Below are positions 19,626 through 30,278 of a DNA stretch of 64,000 nucleotides, in pieces; the stretch's first letter is position 1; every line of letters begins with the position of its first letter. The notes under the pieces were generated by a model that was not told where the DNA came from, made no database searches, and saw only the letters and a list, made by a program, of their open reading frames with translations. Origin of the DNA: an uncultured virus (IMG/VR IMGVR_UViG_3300042522_000840) (Duplodnaviria > Heunggongvirae > Uroviricota > Caudoviricetes); the IMG/VR virus record IMGVR_UViG_3300042522_000840, one strand, 5' to 3'. Made by a program: the position numbers and the translations under genes.

Positions 19626-22262
19626 ATGACAACAGCAGGTTCTAATTTTATTTCAGGTATTACTACAACAGTCTTTGCTACAACTGATGTAGTCAACAAG
19701 GACTATGTGGATGCAAATGTTCAACCACTACCATCACAAACTGGAAATGCTGGTAAGTTTCTCACCACGACTGATGGAACGAATATCTCTTGGGATTATG
19801 TTTCTAACTATCAAGAGTTTACAACAACTGGAAGTCAAACTTTTAATGTTCCAAGTTATGCCAATCTCTTATACATTGAAGCAACTGGTGCTGGTGGTGG
19901 AGGAGGTGCGGGGCAGTCTAATGCACAAGTATATCAAGGTGTGACTTGGACTTTAAGAACTTCTGGTACTGTAGAAACACTGTCTTCCATTACTTATGGT
20001 GGGTTATATGTTGTAACTGGAACAACACCACCAGGTGGAATTAGAACTTCAACAAACGCAATCATTTGGACTGCAAGAACTTCTGGTGCTGGTGTAGCAC
20101 TCCAATCTAGTACATATTCATCATTTTATGTTGTTGGTGGTAATAGTGGAGTATTAATTACTTCAACGGACACAATTGCCTGGACTTTAAGAACTTCTGG
20201 TACTGGTAATAATACTACCAAACTTGTTTATTTAAATAATACTTATCTTGCTGGTGGGGGATTTGGAGATTTAAGAACTTCAACAGACGCAATCACTTGG
20301 ACTTTAAGAACTTCTGGGTTTGCTACTAGTATTATTAGATCTTTTTCTTTTGATGGTAGTATTTATCTTGCAGGGGGTTCTAGTGGGGGGTTTATCACTT
20401 CAACAGATGCAATTACTTGGGTATTAAGAACTTCTAGTTTTGCTACTAATGATATTAATGCACTCACCTATGGAAACAATACTTATGTTGCTGGTGGTGC
20501 TAGTGGAGTCTTAAATACTTCAACAGATGCAATTGCTTGGACTTTAAGAACTTCTGGTTTTGCTACTACTAATATTAGAGCACTCACCTTTGCAAACAAT
20601 ACTTATGTTGCTGGTGGTGTTAGTGGAATCTTAAATACCTCAACAGATGCAATCACTTGGACTTTAAGAACTTCTGGTTTTGGTTCTAATGGTATTCTTG
20701 CACTCACCTTTGGAAACAATACTTATGTTTCTGGTGGTGATAGTGGAGTCTTAAATACTTCATACTCACAAGTATCAGGACAAGGTGGTTCATCAGGTTC
20801 TTATACTTCTTGGTACATTCCAAAAAATATTATTTCTTCAAATCTCACAGTTAATCCTGGTGTTGGTGGTGCAGGTGCAACCACAGATGCTGGCACAGGT
20901 TCGGCAGGAGCAGGAACTACAATATCCTGGACTGGACCTGGAGGAACTTATACCATCACTGCAAGTGGTGGAGGTGCTGCAGGTGTCGCAGGAACAGCAC
21001 AAGTAGCATCTCAATCAAGTTTTTATTATACAACTGCTGGAGGTTCTGGAGCACTTCAAACACCAATCGGTGCTGGACTCACAGCAACCACACAAACCAA
21101 TCAATTCCAACCAACAGGAGGTGGAAGTGGTGCTGGTTCTACAGCATCTGCAGGAGGTTCTGGTGGTGTTATTAATGTTTATGGAATCTCTACATCGGCA
21201 TCTGGTGGAAATAATACAGGAACCAATGGTACAAATGCCGTTGTAATCTCTGGACTTCCTTATGGTTCTGGTGGAGGTGGTGGTGGTGCAGGAGTTGGAA
21301 ATTGGTCTTGGACTTTGAGAACTACTGGTACTACTAGTGGTCTTAATGCTCTTACTTATTCAACATTTTATGTTGCTGCTGGTGCTAGTGGAGTTTTAAA
21401 CACTTCAACAGATGCAATCACTTGGACCTTAAGAACTACTGGTACTACCGGTAGTTTTAATGATCTTATTTATACAAATAATCTTTATGTTGGTGGTGGT
21501 GATGGTGCAAGATTATATACCTCAACAGATGTAATCGCTTGGACTGCAAGAACGACCGGTCTTAATCCCTCATATGGAATACAATCTTTAATATTTGATA
21601 ATAGTAATTATTTTACTATCAATGTTTTTAGTGAATTAGCATCTTCAACAGATTCAATCTCCTGGACCCTAAGAACTTCTGGTTTTACCGCTTCTAATGA
21701 ATTACATACTCTTCTGTTCGGTAATAATGTTTATCTTATTGGTACTTCAGGAAGATTAAGTACCTCAACAAATGGAATCCAATGGACTGCAAGAACTGCT
21801 GGAGCTAGTTTTACTCCTACTGATAGTCTTTATGCAAACAATCTTTATATTGTTGTTGGTCGTACTGGAAGATTGATTACTTCAACAGATGCAATCACTT
21901 GGACCTTAAGAACTGGTGGTTCTGGTAGTGCCCCCCAATATACGGATATTACTTATGGGAATAATAATTATGTTCTTAGCGGTACTTCTGGAATCTTAAA
22001 CACTTCAACAGACACAATCACCTGGACTTTAAGAACTTCTGGTTTTGGTGCTAATACTATTGATGGAAGTGTTTTTGGAAACAATACTTATGTTGTTGCT
22101 GGTGCTAGTGGAATATTAGCAACTTCACAAGGAACTGCAATAGCAGCAACTGGTGGTAATGGTGCTCGTGGAGGTGGTGGAGGTGGTGGTGCTTCTATCG
22201 GTTCTACTTTTGGTAATGGTGGTAATGGTGGTGATGGTTATGTGAAGATTACTTGGTGGTAA
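19626..22262 (+). CDS. WTLRTS-repeat Gly-rich virion protein (paralogue 2)
   Basis: Same N-terminal YVD..LPSQTGNAGKFL, QEFTT..IEA.GAGGGG, repeats, ends GGDGYVKITWW. Confidence 0.75.
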   Translation: MTTAGSNFISGITTTVFATTDVVNKDYVDANVQPLPSQTGNAGKFLTTTDGTNISWDYVSNYQEFTTTGSQTFNVPSYANLLYIEATGAGGGGGAGQSNAQVYQGVTWTLRTSGTVETLSSITYGGLYVVTGTTPPGGIRTSTNAIIWTARTSGAGVALQSSTYSSFYVVGGNSGVLITSTDTIAWTLRTSGTGNNTTKLVYLNNTYLAGGGFGDLRTSTDAITWTLRTSGFATSIIRSFSFDGSIYLAGGSSGGFITSTDAITWVLRTSSFATNDINALTYGNNTYVAGGASGVLNTSTDAIAWTLRTSGFATTNIRALTFANNTYVAGGVSGILNTSTDAITWTLRTSGFGSNGILALTFGNNTYVSGGDSGVLNTSYSQVSGQGGSSGSYTSWYIPKNIISSNLTVNPGVGGAGATTDAGTGSAGAGTTISWTGPGGTYTITASGGGAAGVAGTAQVASQSSFYYTTAGGSGALQTPIGAGLTATTQTNQFQPTGGGSGAGSTASAGGSGGVINVYGISTSASGGNNTGTNGTNAVVISGLPYGSGGGGGGAGVGNWSWTLRTTGTTSGLNALTYSTFYVAAGASGVLNTSTDAITWTLRTTGTTGSFNDLIYTNNLYVGGGDGARLYTSTDVIAWTARTTGLNPSYGIQSLIFDNSNYFTINVFSELASSTDSISWTLRTSGFTASNELHTLLFGNNVYLIGTSGRLSTSTNGIQWTARTAGASFTPTDSLYANNLYIVVGRTGRLITSTDAITWTLRTGGSGSAPQYTDITYGNNNYVLSGTSGILNTSTDTITWTLRTSGFGANTIDGSVFGNNTYVVAGASGILATSQGTAIAATGGNGARGGGGGGGASIGSTFGNGGNGGDGYVKITWW

Positions 22263-22290
22263 TAAATACCTTGAAGGAGACTAAAAGTAA

Positions 22291-25200
22291 ATGGCAACAT
22301 TAGACAGCAATAAGGTTATTGATGTAAGTGTAGTATCTTCTGCGACCGATGCTGTAAATCGACAATATATTGATGATAATGCACTTCCAAGTACAACTGG
22401 AAATGCTGGGAAGTTTTTGGCAGTTTATCCTGGTGCTGCTTATTGGATTTTAAGAACTTCTGGTTTTGGTACTTTAATTTATTCTCTTACTTATGCAAAC
22501 AATGCTTATATTGCTAGTGGTAATACTGGAACCTTAAATACTTCAACAGATGCAATTGCTTGGACTTTAAGAACTTCTGGTTTTGCCACTAATGTCATTT
22601 ATGCACTCACCTTTGCAAACAATACTTATGTTGCTGGTGGTCAAAGTGGAACCTTAAATACTTCAACAGATGCAATTGCTTGGATTTCAAGAACTTCTGG
22701 TTTTGGTACTAATCAAATTTATGCACTCACTTACGCAAACAATAATTATATTGTAGGTGGTCAAAATGGAAGATTAAATGTATCAACAAACGCAATTGCT
22801 TGGACTTTAAGAACTTCTGGTTTTGGTTCTAATGCTATTAATACATTCATTTATGTAAATAGTGTTTATATTGCTGCTGGTGATAATGGAAATATAAGAA
22901 CCTCAACAGATGCTATTGTTTGGATTTTAAGAACTTCTGGAACCACCAATACTCTTTATTCTCTTACTTATGCAAACAATATTTATGTTGTTAGTGGAAC
23001 TGCTTCGCTTTTGAATACTTCAACAGATACTATTGCTTGGACTTTAAGAACTTCTGGTTTTGGTCTTAATGTTATTCGTGCGATTACTTATGCAAACAAT
23101 ACTTATCTTGCTGGTGGTGGTACTGGAGTCCTAAACATCTCAACAGATGCAATTGCTTGGACTTTAAGAACCTCATCTACTACATTAGATTTATATTCTC
23201 TCAACTACATTAATAATCAATACATTTATGCTGGTAATAACAGTGTACTCGCAACCTCCCAAGCAACTCAACAAATCTGGGAACCAATAAACTCCACATC
23301 TACAATACCCACAGACCCAGTAACATACAAAGGTTCTCAAGAATTCACAACATCAGGAGCACAAACATTTTTTATTCCTCCAACAGCAACACAGTTTTAT
23401 ATTGAGGCAATCGGTGGTGGTGGTGGTGGAGCATCAGGACGATACACAGGAACAATCGGTTCTGGTGGTGGTGGAGGTTCTGGTGCTTATAATGCCTGGT
23501 TGATTCGTCGTGGAGAACTTGGAAATGCTTCTACGATGACTGCGACTCCTGGTGCTGGTGGTCGTGGTGGAAACAATCGTGGTATGAGTACCAGTACTGA
23601 TGGTATTAACTGGTTTACTGTTCCTGGTGGTTCTAAGTTTGGTACTAGTGATATTAATACTCTTACTTATGGTGGATATCTTTATGTTGCCGGTGGTGCA
23701 TCTTCAGTATTAAGTACTTCTCCTGATGGTACTAACTGGACTTTAAGGACTGCTAGTTTTGCTACTGATACTATAAATGCTCTTACTTATTCGACATTTT
23801 ATGTTGCTGCTGGTGGTGCTGCTGGTCGTGGAAGATTAAACACCTCAACAGACGCAATCACTTGGACTTTAAGAACTTCTGGAGTTGGTTCTAATGCTAT
23901 TCAAACACTTACTTTTGGAAACAATATTTATGTCTTGGGGGGTGCTTTTTCTGGCGGATCTCCAGCAATAAATGTATCAACTGATGCAATTAATTGGACT
24001 TTAAGAACTTCGGGTTTTGGTTCTAATAATATGCTTGCTCTCACTTATGGAAACAATATTTATGTTGCTTCTTCTGGTACTGCAAACCTAAGAACATCAA
24101 CAGACACAATTGTATGGGTTTCAAGAACTTCTGCTGGTTCTGCTAATGCTCTTATTTTTGTAAACAATACTTATATTGCTGGTGGTGTTTCTGGAATCTT
24201 AAACACTTCAACAGACACAATCACCTGGGAATTGAGAACTGCTGGGTTTACTAGTACTATTCGTGCTCTCACCTACACAAACAACCTCTATATAACAGCA
24301 GGAAATTCTGGATTTTTAGCATCTTCCACAGACACAATCACCTGGACTTTAAGAACTTCACTGTTCCAAGCACAAACTATTAATGCTCTCACATACGGAA
24401 CCACCTTTGTTGCTGGTGGTGCTTCTTCTGGTGGTGGTTCTTCTGGTGCTTCTACAACTGTCACTTGGACTGGAAACACTCCAACGGGCACTGCGACTTA
24501 TACACTAACTTCTGCTGCTGGTGGTGGTGCAAGTGATACGGCAACCACAGCAGGAACCGCAGGTGCCGCAGCAGCAGTCACACTCAATCCTCTTTATAAT
24601 ACTGCTGGTCTTGTTGGTGGTGCTGGACTTTCTTCTGGTGTTGGTTCAAATAGCACAATACAAGCAAACTCATTCCAAGTGACTGGTGGTGGAGGAGGAG
24701 CATTTAATTCCTTTACTGGTGGTAATTCAGTTTCTTATTATTATGGAAATACTTATACAAATAATGGTGGAAGTAATACTGGTGGTAGTGGTTCCGATGG
24801 TATTGATGGAACTTATACGGGTTCTTATGGTTCTGGTGGAGGTGGTGGAGGTGCTTTGAGTGAAGGAGTTACGAGTTGGTATTTAAGAACTTCTGGTACT
24901 ACGAATCAATTTAATGCCCTTACTTTTGGAAACAATACTTATGTTGCTGGTGATGATATTGGAAAATTAAATACCTCAACAGATGCAATTGCTTGGACTA
25001 GCAGAACTTCTAGTTTTGGTACTAATTATATTTCTGCACTTACCTTTGCAAACAATACTTATGTTGCCGGCGGTCTTAGTGGAGTCTTAAATACTTCAAC
25101 AGATGCAATTGCTTGGACTTTAAGAACTTCTGGATTTGGTGGTAATTTTATTCCTGCACTCACCTTTGCAAACAATACTTATGTTGCTGGTGGTCAAGGT

Positions 25201-25848
25201 GGTGTATTAAATACCTCAACAGATGCAATTTCTTGGACTTTAAGAACTTCTGGTTTTGGTGGTAGTACTATTAGAACATTTACCTTTGGAAATAATACTT
25301 ATCTTGCTGGTGGTGCTAGTGGAATCTTAAATACCTCAACAGATGCAATTCGTTGGACTTTAAGAACTTCTGCTTTTGGTACTAATCAAATTAATGCACT
25401 CACTTTTGAAAATAATACTTATCTTGCTGGTGGTGCTAGTGGAATCTTAAATACCTCAACAGATGCAATTCGTTGGACTTTAAGAACTTCTGGTTTTGGT
25501 ACTGCTCAAATTAATGCTCTCAATTTTGCAAGCAATCTTTATGTTGCTGGTGGTCAATCTAGTCCTGGAAGAATATTTACTTCTACCGATGGAATTGTTT
25601 GGTCTTCTAGGACTTCTAATGTTGTTAATTCTATTCAAGCACTCATCTATGCAAACAATACTTATGTTGCTGCTTGTGCTGGTGGAGAATTAACATTAGC
25701 ATCATCAACCTCACAATCCGCAGCAGGAAACGGAGGCAACGGCACCAGAGGTGGTGGAGGTGGTGGAGGTGGATACTCTCAAGAGCAAAATCGTTTTGGA
25801 CTTGGTGGTGATGGTGGTAATGGATATGTAAGAATTACTTGGTGGTAA
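22291..25848 (+). CDS. WTLRTS-repeat Gly-rich virion protein (paralogue 3)
   Basis: Same architecture; ends GGNGYVRITWW; late promoter-like ATAAATA upstream. Confidence 0.75.
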   Translation: MATLDSNKVIDVSVVSSATDAVNRQYIDDNALPSTTGNAGKFLAVYPGAAYWILRTSGFGTLIYSLTYANNAYIASGNTGTLNTSTDAIAWTLRTSGFATNVIYALTFANNTYVAGGQSGTLNTSTDAIAWISRTSGFGTNQIYALTYANNNYIVGGQNGRLNVSTNAIAWTLRTSGFGSNAINTFIYVNSVYIAAGDNGNIRTSTDAIVWILRTSGTTNTLYSLTYANNIYVVSGTASLLNTSTDTIAWTLRTSGFGLNVIRAITYANNTYLAGGGTGVLNISTDAIAWTLRTSSTTLDLYSLNYINNQYIYAGNNSVLATSQATQQIWEPINSTSTIPTDPVTYKGSQEFTTSGAQTFFIPPTATQFYIEAIGGGGGGASGRYTGTIGSGGGGGSGAYNAWLIRRGELGNASTMTATPGAGGRGGNNRGMSTSTDGINWFTVPGGSKFGTSDINTLTYGGYLYVAGGASSVLSTSPDGTNWTLRTASFATDTINALTYSTFYVAAGGAAGRGRLNTSTDAITWTLRTSGVGSNAIQTLTFGNNIYVLGGAFSGGSPAINVSTDAINWTLRTSGFGSNNMLALTYGNNIYVASSGTANLRTSTDTIVWVSRTSAGSANALIFVNNTYIAGGVSGILNTSTDTITWELRTAGFTSTIRALTYTNNLYITAGNSGFLASSTDTITWTLRTSLFQAQTINALTYGTTFVAGGASSGGGSSGASTTVTWTGNTPTGTATYTLTSAAGGGASDTATTAGTAGAAAAVTLNPLYNTAGLVGGAGLSSGVGSNSTIQANSFQVTGGGGGAFNSFTGGNSVSYYYGNTYTNNGGSNTGGSGSDGIDGTYTGSYGSGGGGGGALSEGVTSWYLRTSGTTNQFNALTFGNNTYVAGDDIGKLNTSTDAIAWTSRTSSFGTNYISALTFANNTYVAGGLSGVLNTSTDAIAWTLRTSGFGGNFIPALTFANNTYVAGGQGGVLNTSTDAISWTLRTSGFGGSTIRTFTFGNNTYLAGGASGILNTSTDAIRWTLRTSAFGTNQINALTFENNTYLAGGASGILNTSTDAIRWTLRTSGFGTAQINALNFASNLYVAGGQSSPGRIFTSTDGIVWSSRTSNVVNSIQALIYANNTYVAACAGGELTLASSTSQSAAGNGGNGTRGGGGGGGGYSQEQNRFGLGGDGGNGYVRITWW

Positions 25849-25894
25849 AAGACGCATACATATGTTATAATGAATTCTATATTGACTTTGTTGT

Positions 25895-26614
25895 ATGCCC
25901 CTGAATTATACAAATCAACCGAAAAATAATTTTAAAGGTAAAACAATCGCATTTTGTCTTCCAGGATTAATGTATTCTGGAACCTTTATGACGCAGTTTG
26001 TAAGACTGCTGTTTGACCTAAACCAACAAGGAATTAATTTTTATATCTCTCAACAATACAGTTCGATGGTGAATCACGCACGAACTGATTGTCTGCAGGC
26101 AGATAATTATGCAGGAACGATGCTGACTCCTTTTAGGGGGCAGGTTCCTTATGATTATATTATGTGGATTGATAGTGATATTATTTTCAAGACAGAAGAC
26201 CTTTTGGAACTTCTGTTGATGGATAAAGATGTTGCAACGGGTTGGTACGTTCAATCAAACGGAACTCCAGTCGCAAATCAATCAACTGTTGTTGTCAATA
26301 TGGACAGGCAACTTTTGATGACTAAAGGTTCTTATCACTTTGAAACCGTTGAAGAAATGCAACGTCGTCCAGGTCCATTTAAAGTTGAATATTGTGGTTT
26401 TGGATGGGTGTTGATGAAAAAAGGTGTCTTCGAAAAAGTTCCTTATCCTTGGTTTGCACCGAAGAAAGTTCAACTCATCAAAGATGATGGGACTGTTCTT
26501 GAGGATATGTGTTCCGAAGACGTTGCAATGTGTGAAGATTTAAGAGAGTATGGTTTTGAAATCTGGTGCAATCCAAAGGTTCGAGTCGGTCATCAAAAAA
26601 TGGTAATTCTGTAA
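25895..26614 (+). CDS. GT-A fold glycosyltransferase-like protein
   Basis: YDYIMWIDSD (DxD), GFGWVL, SEDVAMC, VGHQK. Confidence 0.8.
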   Translation: MPLNYTNQPKNNFKGKTIAFCLPGLMYSGTFMTQFVRLLFDLNQQGINFYISQQYSSMVNHARTDCLQADNYAGTMLTPFRGQVPYDYIMWIDSDIIFKTEDLLELLLMDKDVATGWYVQSNGTPVANQSTVVVNMDRQLLMTKGSYHFETVEEMQRRPGPFKVEYCGFGWVLMKKGVFEKVPYPWFAPKKVQLIKDDGTVLEDMCSEDVAMCEDLREYGFEIWCNPKVRVGHQKMVIL

Positions 26615-26618
26615 GACT

Positions 26619-27314
26619 ATGTTAAATTATTCTAATTCTCCGCAACAAGCAACAGTACCACACTTTAATGTGGTCATCACAACTCCAGGGCATCATATGT
26701 GTGCCGAGTATGTGAAGTGTCTAATGGCAACAATTCATACTCTTGAGGCAAATAATATTTCTTGGATTTTTCAAAGTGAGTATGCTTCTATCATTACAAA
26801 TGCAAGAGAAGCAACCATCACTGGAAGTCGTAATTTAGAAGTCTTTAATCCTGCACCAGGAAAGGGGCAATACACATACGACAAACTCTTTATGATTGAT
26901 AGTGATATTGTCTGGAATCCAGAGCAGTTCTTACGTCTTTATGCATCCAATAAGGACTTAATTTCTGCTGTGTATTTTGAAGCACAAGGAGCAGATGCAA
27001 TGGTGCATCGTGCAAAGAATGATTTCAAACCAATGAAGAGAGAAGAGATTCAACTTCTTCAGCAACTTGATGAACCGATTGAAGTTTATGGAGTTGGTCT
27101 TGGTTTTATGTGTGTCAAGTCTGGTGTGTTTGAATCACTCAAGAGACCATGGTTTGGTCTTGGTAAGGTGATTCAAGAGGTCGATGGAGTCGTCTATGAA
27201 CTCCCATTAGGTGAAGACCTCTACTTCTGTGAGAAAGTCGCAGAGCAAGGGCATCAAGTTTATCTTGATCCTCAAGTCATCGTGGGGCATGTTAAGAGTA
27301 ATGTTGTTGTATGA
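26619..27314 (+). CDS. GT-A fold glycosyltransferase-like protein, paralogue of upstream gene
   Basis: LFMIDSD, GLGFMCV, GEDLYFC, VGHVK. Confidence 0.8.
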   Translation: MLNYSNSPQQATVPHFNVVITTPGHHMCAEYVKCLMATIHTLEANNISWIFQSEYASIITNAREATITGSRNLEVFNPAPGKGQYTYDKLFMIDSDIVWNPEQFLRLYASNKDLISAVYFEAQGADAMVHRAKNDFKPMKREEIQLLQQLDEPIEVYGVGLGFMCVKSGVFESLKRPWFGLGKVIQEVDGVVYELPLGEDLYFCEKVAEQGHQVYLDPQVIVGHVKSNVVV

Positions 27315-29443
27315 AACTTGCAGTCTTTTATCATTTAGCAGCACTGAATCATCTATGGAAAGACTTTATTGATGAGCAACTAGGACTGATTAAACAAGTT
27401 GGTCTAGCAGATGTGGCAAAGACTTATGTTTGTTATGTTGCTCCTGATGAATATTTTGATGAGGTAAGAGATTATCTCAACAAAGAATATTCATTTGCAA
27501 CTGTTCTATCTTCTAGAAGAAGCACCGAAGATAATTTTTACGAGGGGCAGACACTTAAAGAACTTCAAGAATACTCCAAGAATAATGATGGGTATGTGCT
27601 CTACCTTCATTCAAAAGGAGTATTACATTCAATCAATTCATATCAAACAATTCCTACAAGGGATTGGAGACATTATATGAATTACTGGATGGTTGAACAA
27701 TGGAAGGATTGTGTTAAAAAACTAGAAGATGTAAGTGTTGTAGGAACAAATTATAATCAAGAACCTTACCCACATCTTTCTGGAAACTTCTGGTGGGCAA
27801 CGACAAATTATATTCGTACTCTTCCTGATGTTCTCAACCGAAGTTTATATTATGATGAAAGTCTTACAGAGAAACTAGCAGGGCACACATTTTCTTATGA
27901 GATGTGGGTGTTGTATAATAAACCAAAGGTAGATTCGATACATTACAGTCATACAAATCATTATCTACAACCTTATCCAAGAGAAAAATATGCAAGATTG
28001 GAGAACTCTATGTTAAATTATAGAAACGAAAAGAAAACTGAAAAGACTATCAATGTCTTTTACCATATGTTTATCCCCGACACCAACAATATGTGGGTAT
28101 GGTGGATCGACGAGCAGATGAGTCTGTTGAAAACTGTTGGTCTTGCAGATAAGGCAAAGATTAATATGTGTATGACTCTGCCTTTGGGACTTTATAATTC
28201 CAAGACTGGGCATTCTTATGATGAAATGGTGATTGGTTATATCAAAGACCGTTATCCTTTTGTAAATATTATTGATATTAAACCTGTTGGAGAGCAACCA
28301 AATCTTTATGAAGGGCAGACTCTTGCGAAGATTTACGAACACTGTCTACATGAAGATGGTTATGTCTTCTACTTCCACAACAAAGGTATGAGTTCTTATT
28401 CAACTCACATACCTGGTGCAATCAAAGATTGGAGGCACTATATGCAGTACTTCAATGTTGAGAAGTGGGAAGATTGTGTTGCAAAACTTGATGAAGGTTA
28501 TGATTGCTGTGGTGTTGATTGGGTAGAAAGACACGACATCAAACTTGATTTTGTGGTTCAGCACTATGCTGGAAATTTCTGGTGGGCACGAAACGATTAC
28601 ATTCGTAAACTGAAGCATCCACTCAAGATTGAAGAGTATATGGATGTAGAAGCAATGATGCGAGAACTACAGAACTATCGTTATTGCTTTGAACTATGGA
28701 TGGCAACTGGTATTCCAAAACAACATTGTTTTCATTATCGTCGTCATCATCAGTATGATAATCAAGGTCTTGAAAGATACTTCACCTACTATCCCCCAGA
28801 GATGTATCGTGATGATGTTGAAAGAGATGAGACTGAATACACAAGAAATAATCTTGATATTTTGATGGAAGTTGGAAATAAGAATAATTTCAACTGGAGA
28901 GACCATAGACAATTTGCTGACTGGATTGTTCGTCGCAAACAACCAAGCACAACTGTAGACTTGGGTGTTGATTATGGTTACTCAACATTCTGTTTCGCAA
29001 TTCCTGGAATTGGGGATGTGTATGGTATTGATAGTTTTGAAGGAGATATTTGTGCTGGAGAACGAGATACTTATGAGTATGTGATGGATAAGGTCAAAGA
29101 ACTTGAATTGACTAATGTTTCAATTATCAAGGGATTCTTTGATGATGTTGCAAAGACTTGGACGAAACCAATTGATATTCTTCACATTGATGGTCTGCAT
29201 ACCTATGAAGCAGTTAAGAATGACTTTGAGAAGTGGGCACCATTTCTTAAAGAAGATGGTATAATTCTAATGCACGATACGATGGTTGATGACCCCAAGT
29301 TTGGTGTGAGTAGGTTCTTCAAAGAAATCAATCTACCAAAAACAAACTTCGGTCACTGTAATGGATTAGGAGTTGTTTCTAGAGATATAAATCTTATCAG
29401 TGAAATCAAAAAGAATTTTGGAGAGTTTATCCGTGAAATTTAA
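27311..29443 (+). CDS. Tandem duplicated putative glycosyltransferase domains plus class I SAM methyltransferase
   Basis: Two copies of YEGQTL..Y.HxKG..DWRHYM..GNFWWA; C-terminal VDLGVDYGYS, IDSF, IDILHIDGLHTYEAV. Confidence 0.7.
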   Translation: MKLAVFYHLAALNHLWKDFIDEQLGLIKQVGLADVAKTYVCYVAPDEYFDEVRDYLNKEYSFATVLSSRRSTEDNFYEGQTLKELQEYSKNNDGYVLYLHSKGVLHSINSYQTIPTRDWRHYMNYWMVEQWKDCVKKLEDVSVVGTNYNQEPYPHLSGNFWWATTNYIRTLPDVLNRSLYYDESLTEKLAGHTFSYEMWVLYNKPKVDSIHYSHTNHYLQPYPREKYARLENSMLNYRNEKKTEKTINVFYHMFIPDTNNMWVWWIDEQMSLLKTVGLADKAKINMCMTLPLGLYNSKTGHSYDEMVIGYIKDRYPFVNIIDIKPVGEQPNLYEGQTLAKIYEHCLHEDGYVFYFHNKGMSSYSTHIPGAIKDWRHYMQYFNVEKWEDCVAKLDEGYDCCGVDWVERHDIKLDFVVQHYAGNFWWARNDYIRKLKHPLKIEEYMDVEAMMRELQNYRYCFELWMATGIPKQHCFHYRRHHQYDNQGLERYFTYYPPEMYRDDVERDETEYTRNNLDILMEVGNKNNFNWRDHRQFADWIVRRKQPSTTVDLGVDYGYSTFCFAIPGIGDVYGIDSFEGDICAGERDTYEYVMDKVKELELTNVSIIKGFFDDVAKTWTKPIDILHIDGLHTYEAVKNDFEKWAPFLKEDGIILMHDTMVDDPKFGVSRFFKEINLPKTNFGHCNGLGVVSRDINLISEIKKNFGEFIREI

Positions 29444-30278
29444 TTTAGTACGAATTGTTCCTGACAATGGATTTTATGTTCATTCGCAAGTGTTTCATGA
29501 AATTGAAGCAGCAATGTTTTTTTCTCTTCAATGTTTGGGGCACGATGTAACGAATAGTGTAAATGATTTTGTTCCTGGTAGAAGAAACATTGTCTTTGGA
29601 ATGCATCACTGCCCTGTAGATGTGGTGAGGCACGATATTCCAAAAGATACTATCATCTATTCTTTGGAGCAAATGAAAGATGGTCCAGAGTGTATTCGTT
29701 GGTGTCGTAAGTATCGTGGTTTAGAAGTATGGGACTATTCAATGAGAAATGCTGAAGTTCTTCGCAAAGCAGGAGTGGAGAACATAAAGCATTGTAAGGT
29801 TGGTTATGTTCCAGAAATTACTTACTTTGAACGCAACAAACCACAGGACAGAGACATTGACATTCTTTTCTACGGATGCCCCACAGAAAGAAGAACTCAT
29901 ATCCTAAAGCAGTTTGAGAATAATCCTAAACTTAACTTTGTACATATTCAAAGCACTTATGGTGACGATAGAGATGAGTATATTAAACGAGCAAAACTAG
30001 TCATCAATCTTCATAATATGAATAATCAAATTTTTGAGATTATTCGTGTGTCCCATTTGATTCAAAATAAAGTTCCTGTTCTTACTGAAAGAAATCCAGA
30101 TACTGATTTTCCTGCTTATATGGAAGGCACAGTATTTGAATCGACATACAATCGTTTCGTAGATACTGCATACAAACTTCTCAAGAAACCAGAAGAACTT
30201 GATGCTCAAGCAGAAAAGGGTCTTGAAATCTTTAAGAAATCACCAATGGAAGAATTCTTAAAGGAGGTTCTTGAATGA
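29433..30278 (+). CDS. GT-B-like glycosyltransferase
   Basis: DIDILFYG...RR...AKLVINLH...FEIIR; GTG start with GGAG RBS. Confidence 0.65.
   Translation: MKFNLVRIVPDNGFYVHSQVFHEIEAAMFFSLQCLGHDVTNSVNDFVPGRRNIVFGMHHCPVDVVRHDIPKDTIIYSLEQMKDGPECIRWCRKYRGLEVWDYSMRNAEVLRKAGVENIKHCKVGYVPEITYFERNKPQDRDIDILFYGCPTERRTHILKQFENNPKLNFVHIQSTYGDDRDEYIKRAKLVINLHNMNNQIFEIIRVSHLIQNKVPVLTERNPDTDFPAYMEGTVFESTYNRFVDTAYKLLKKPEELDAQAEKGLEIFKKSPMEEFLKEVLE

Noticed and set aside
14289..25848. Regularly spaced DNA repeat resembling a CRISPR array
   Set aside because: Repeats are in-frame parts of long ORFs, intervening segments are homologous to each other, and no cas operon is present
14289..25848. Diversity-generating retroelement acting on the repeat proteins
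   Set aside because: No reverse transcriptase in the window and no adenine-specific TR/VR pair seen
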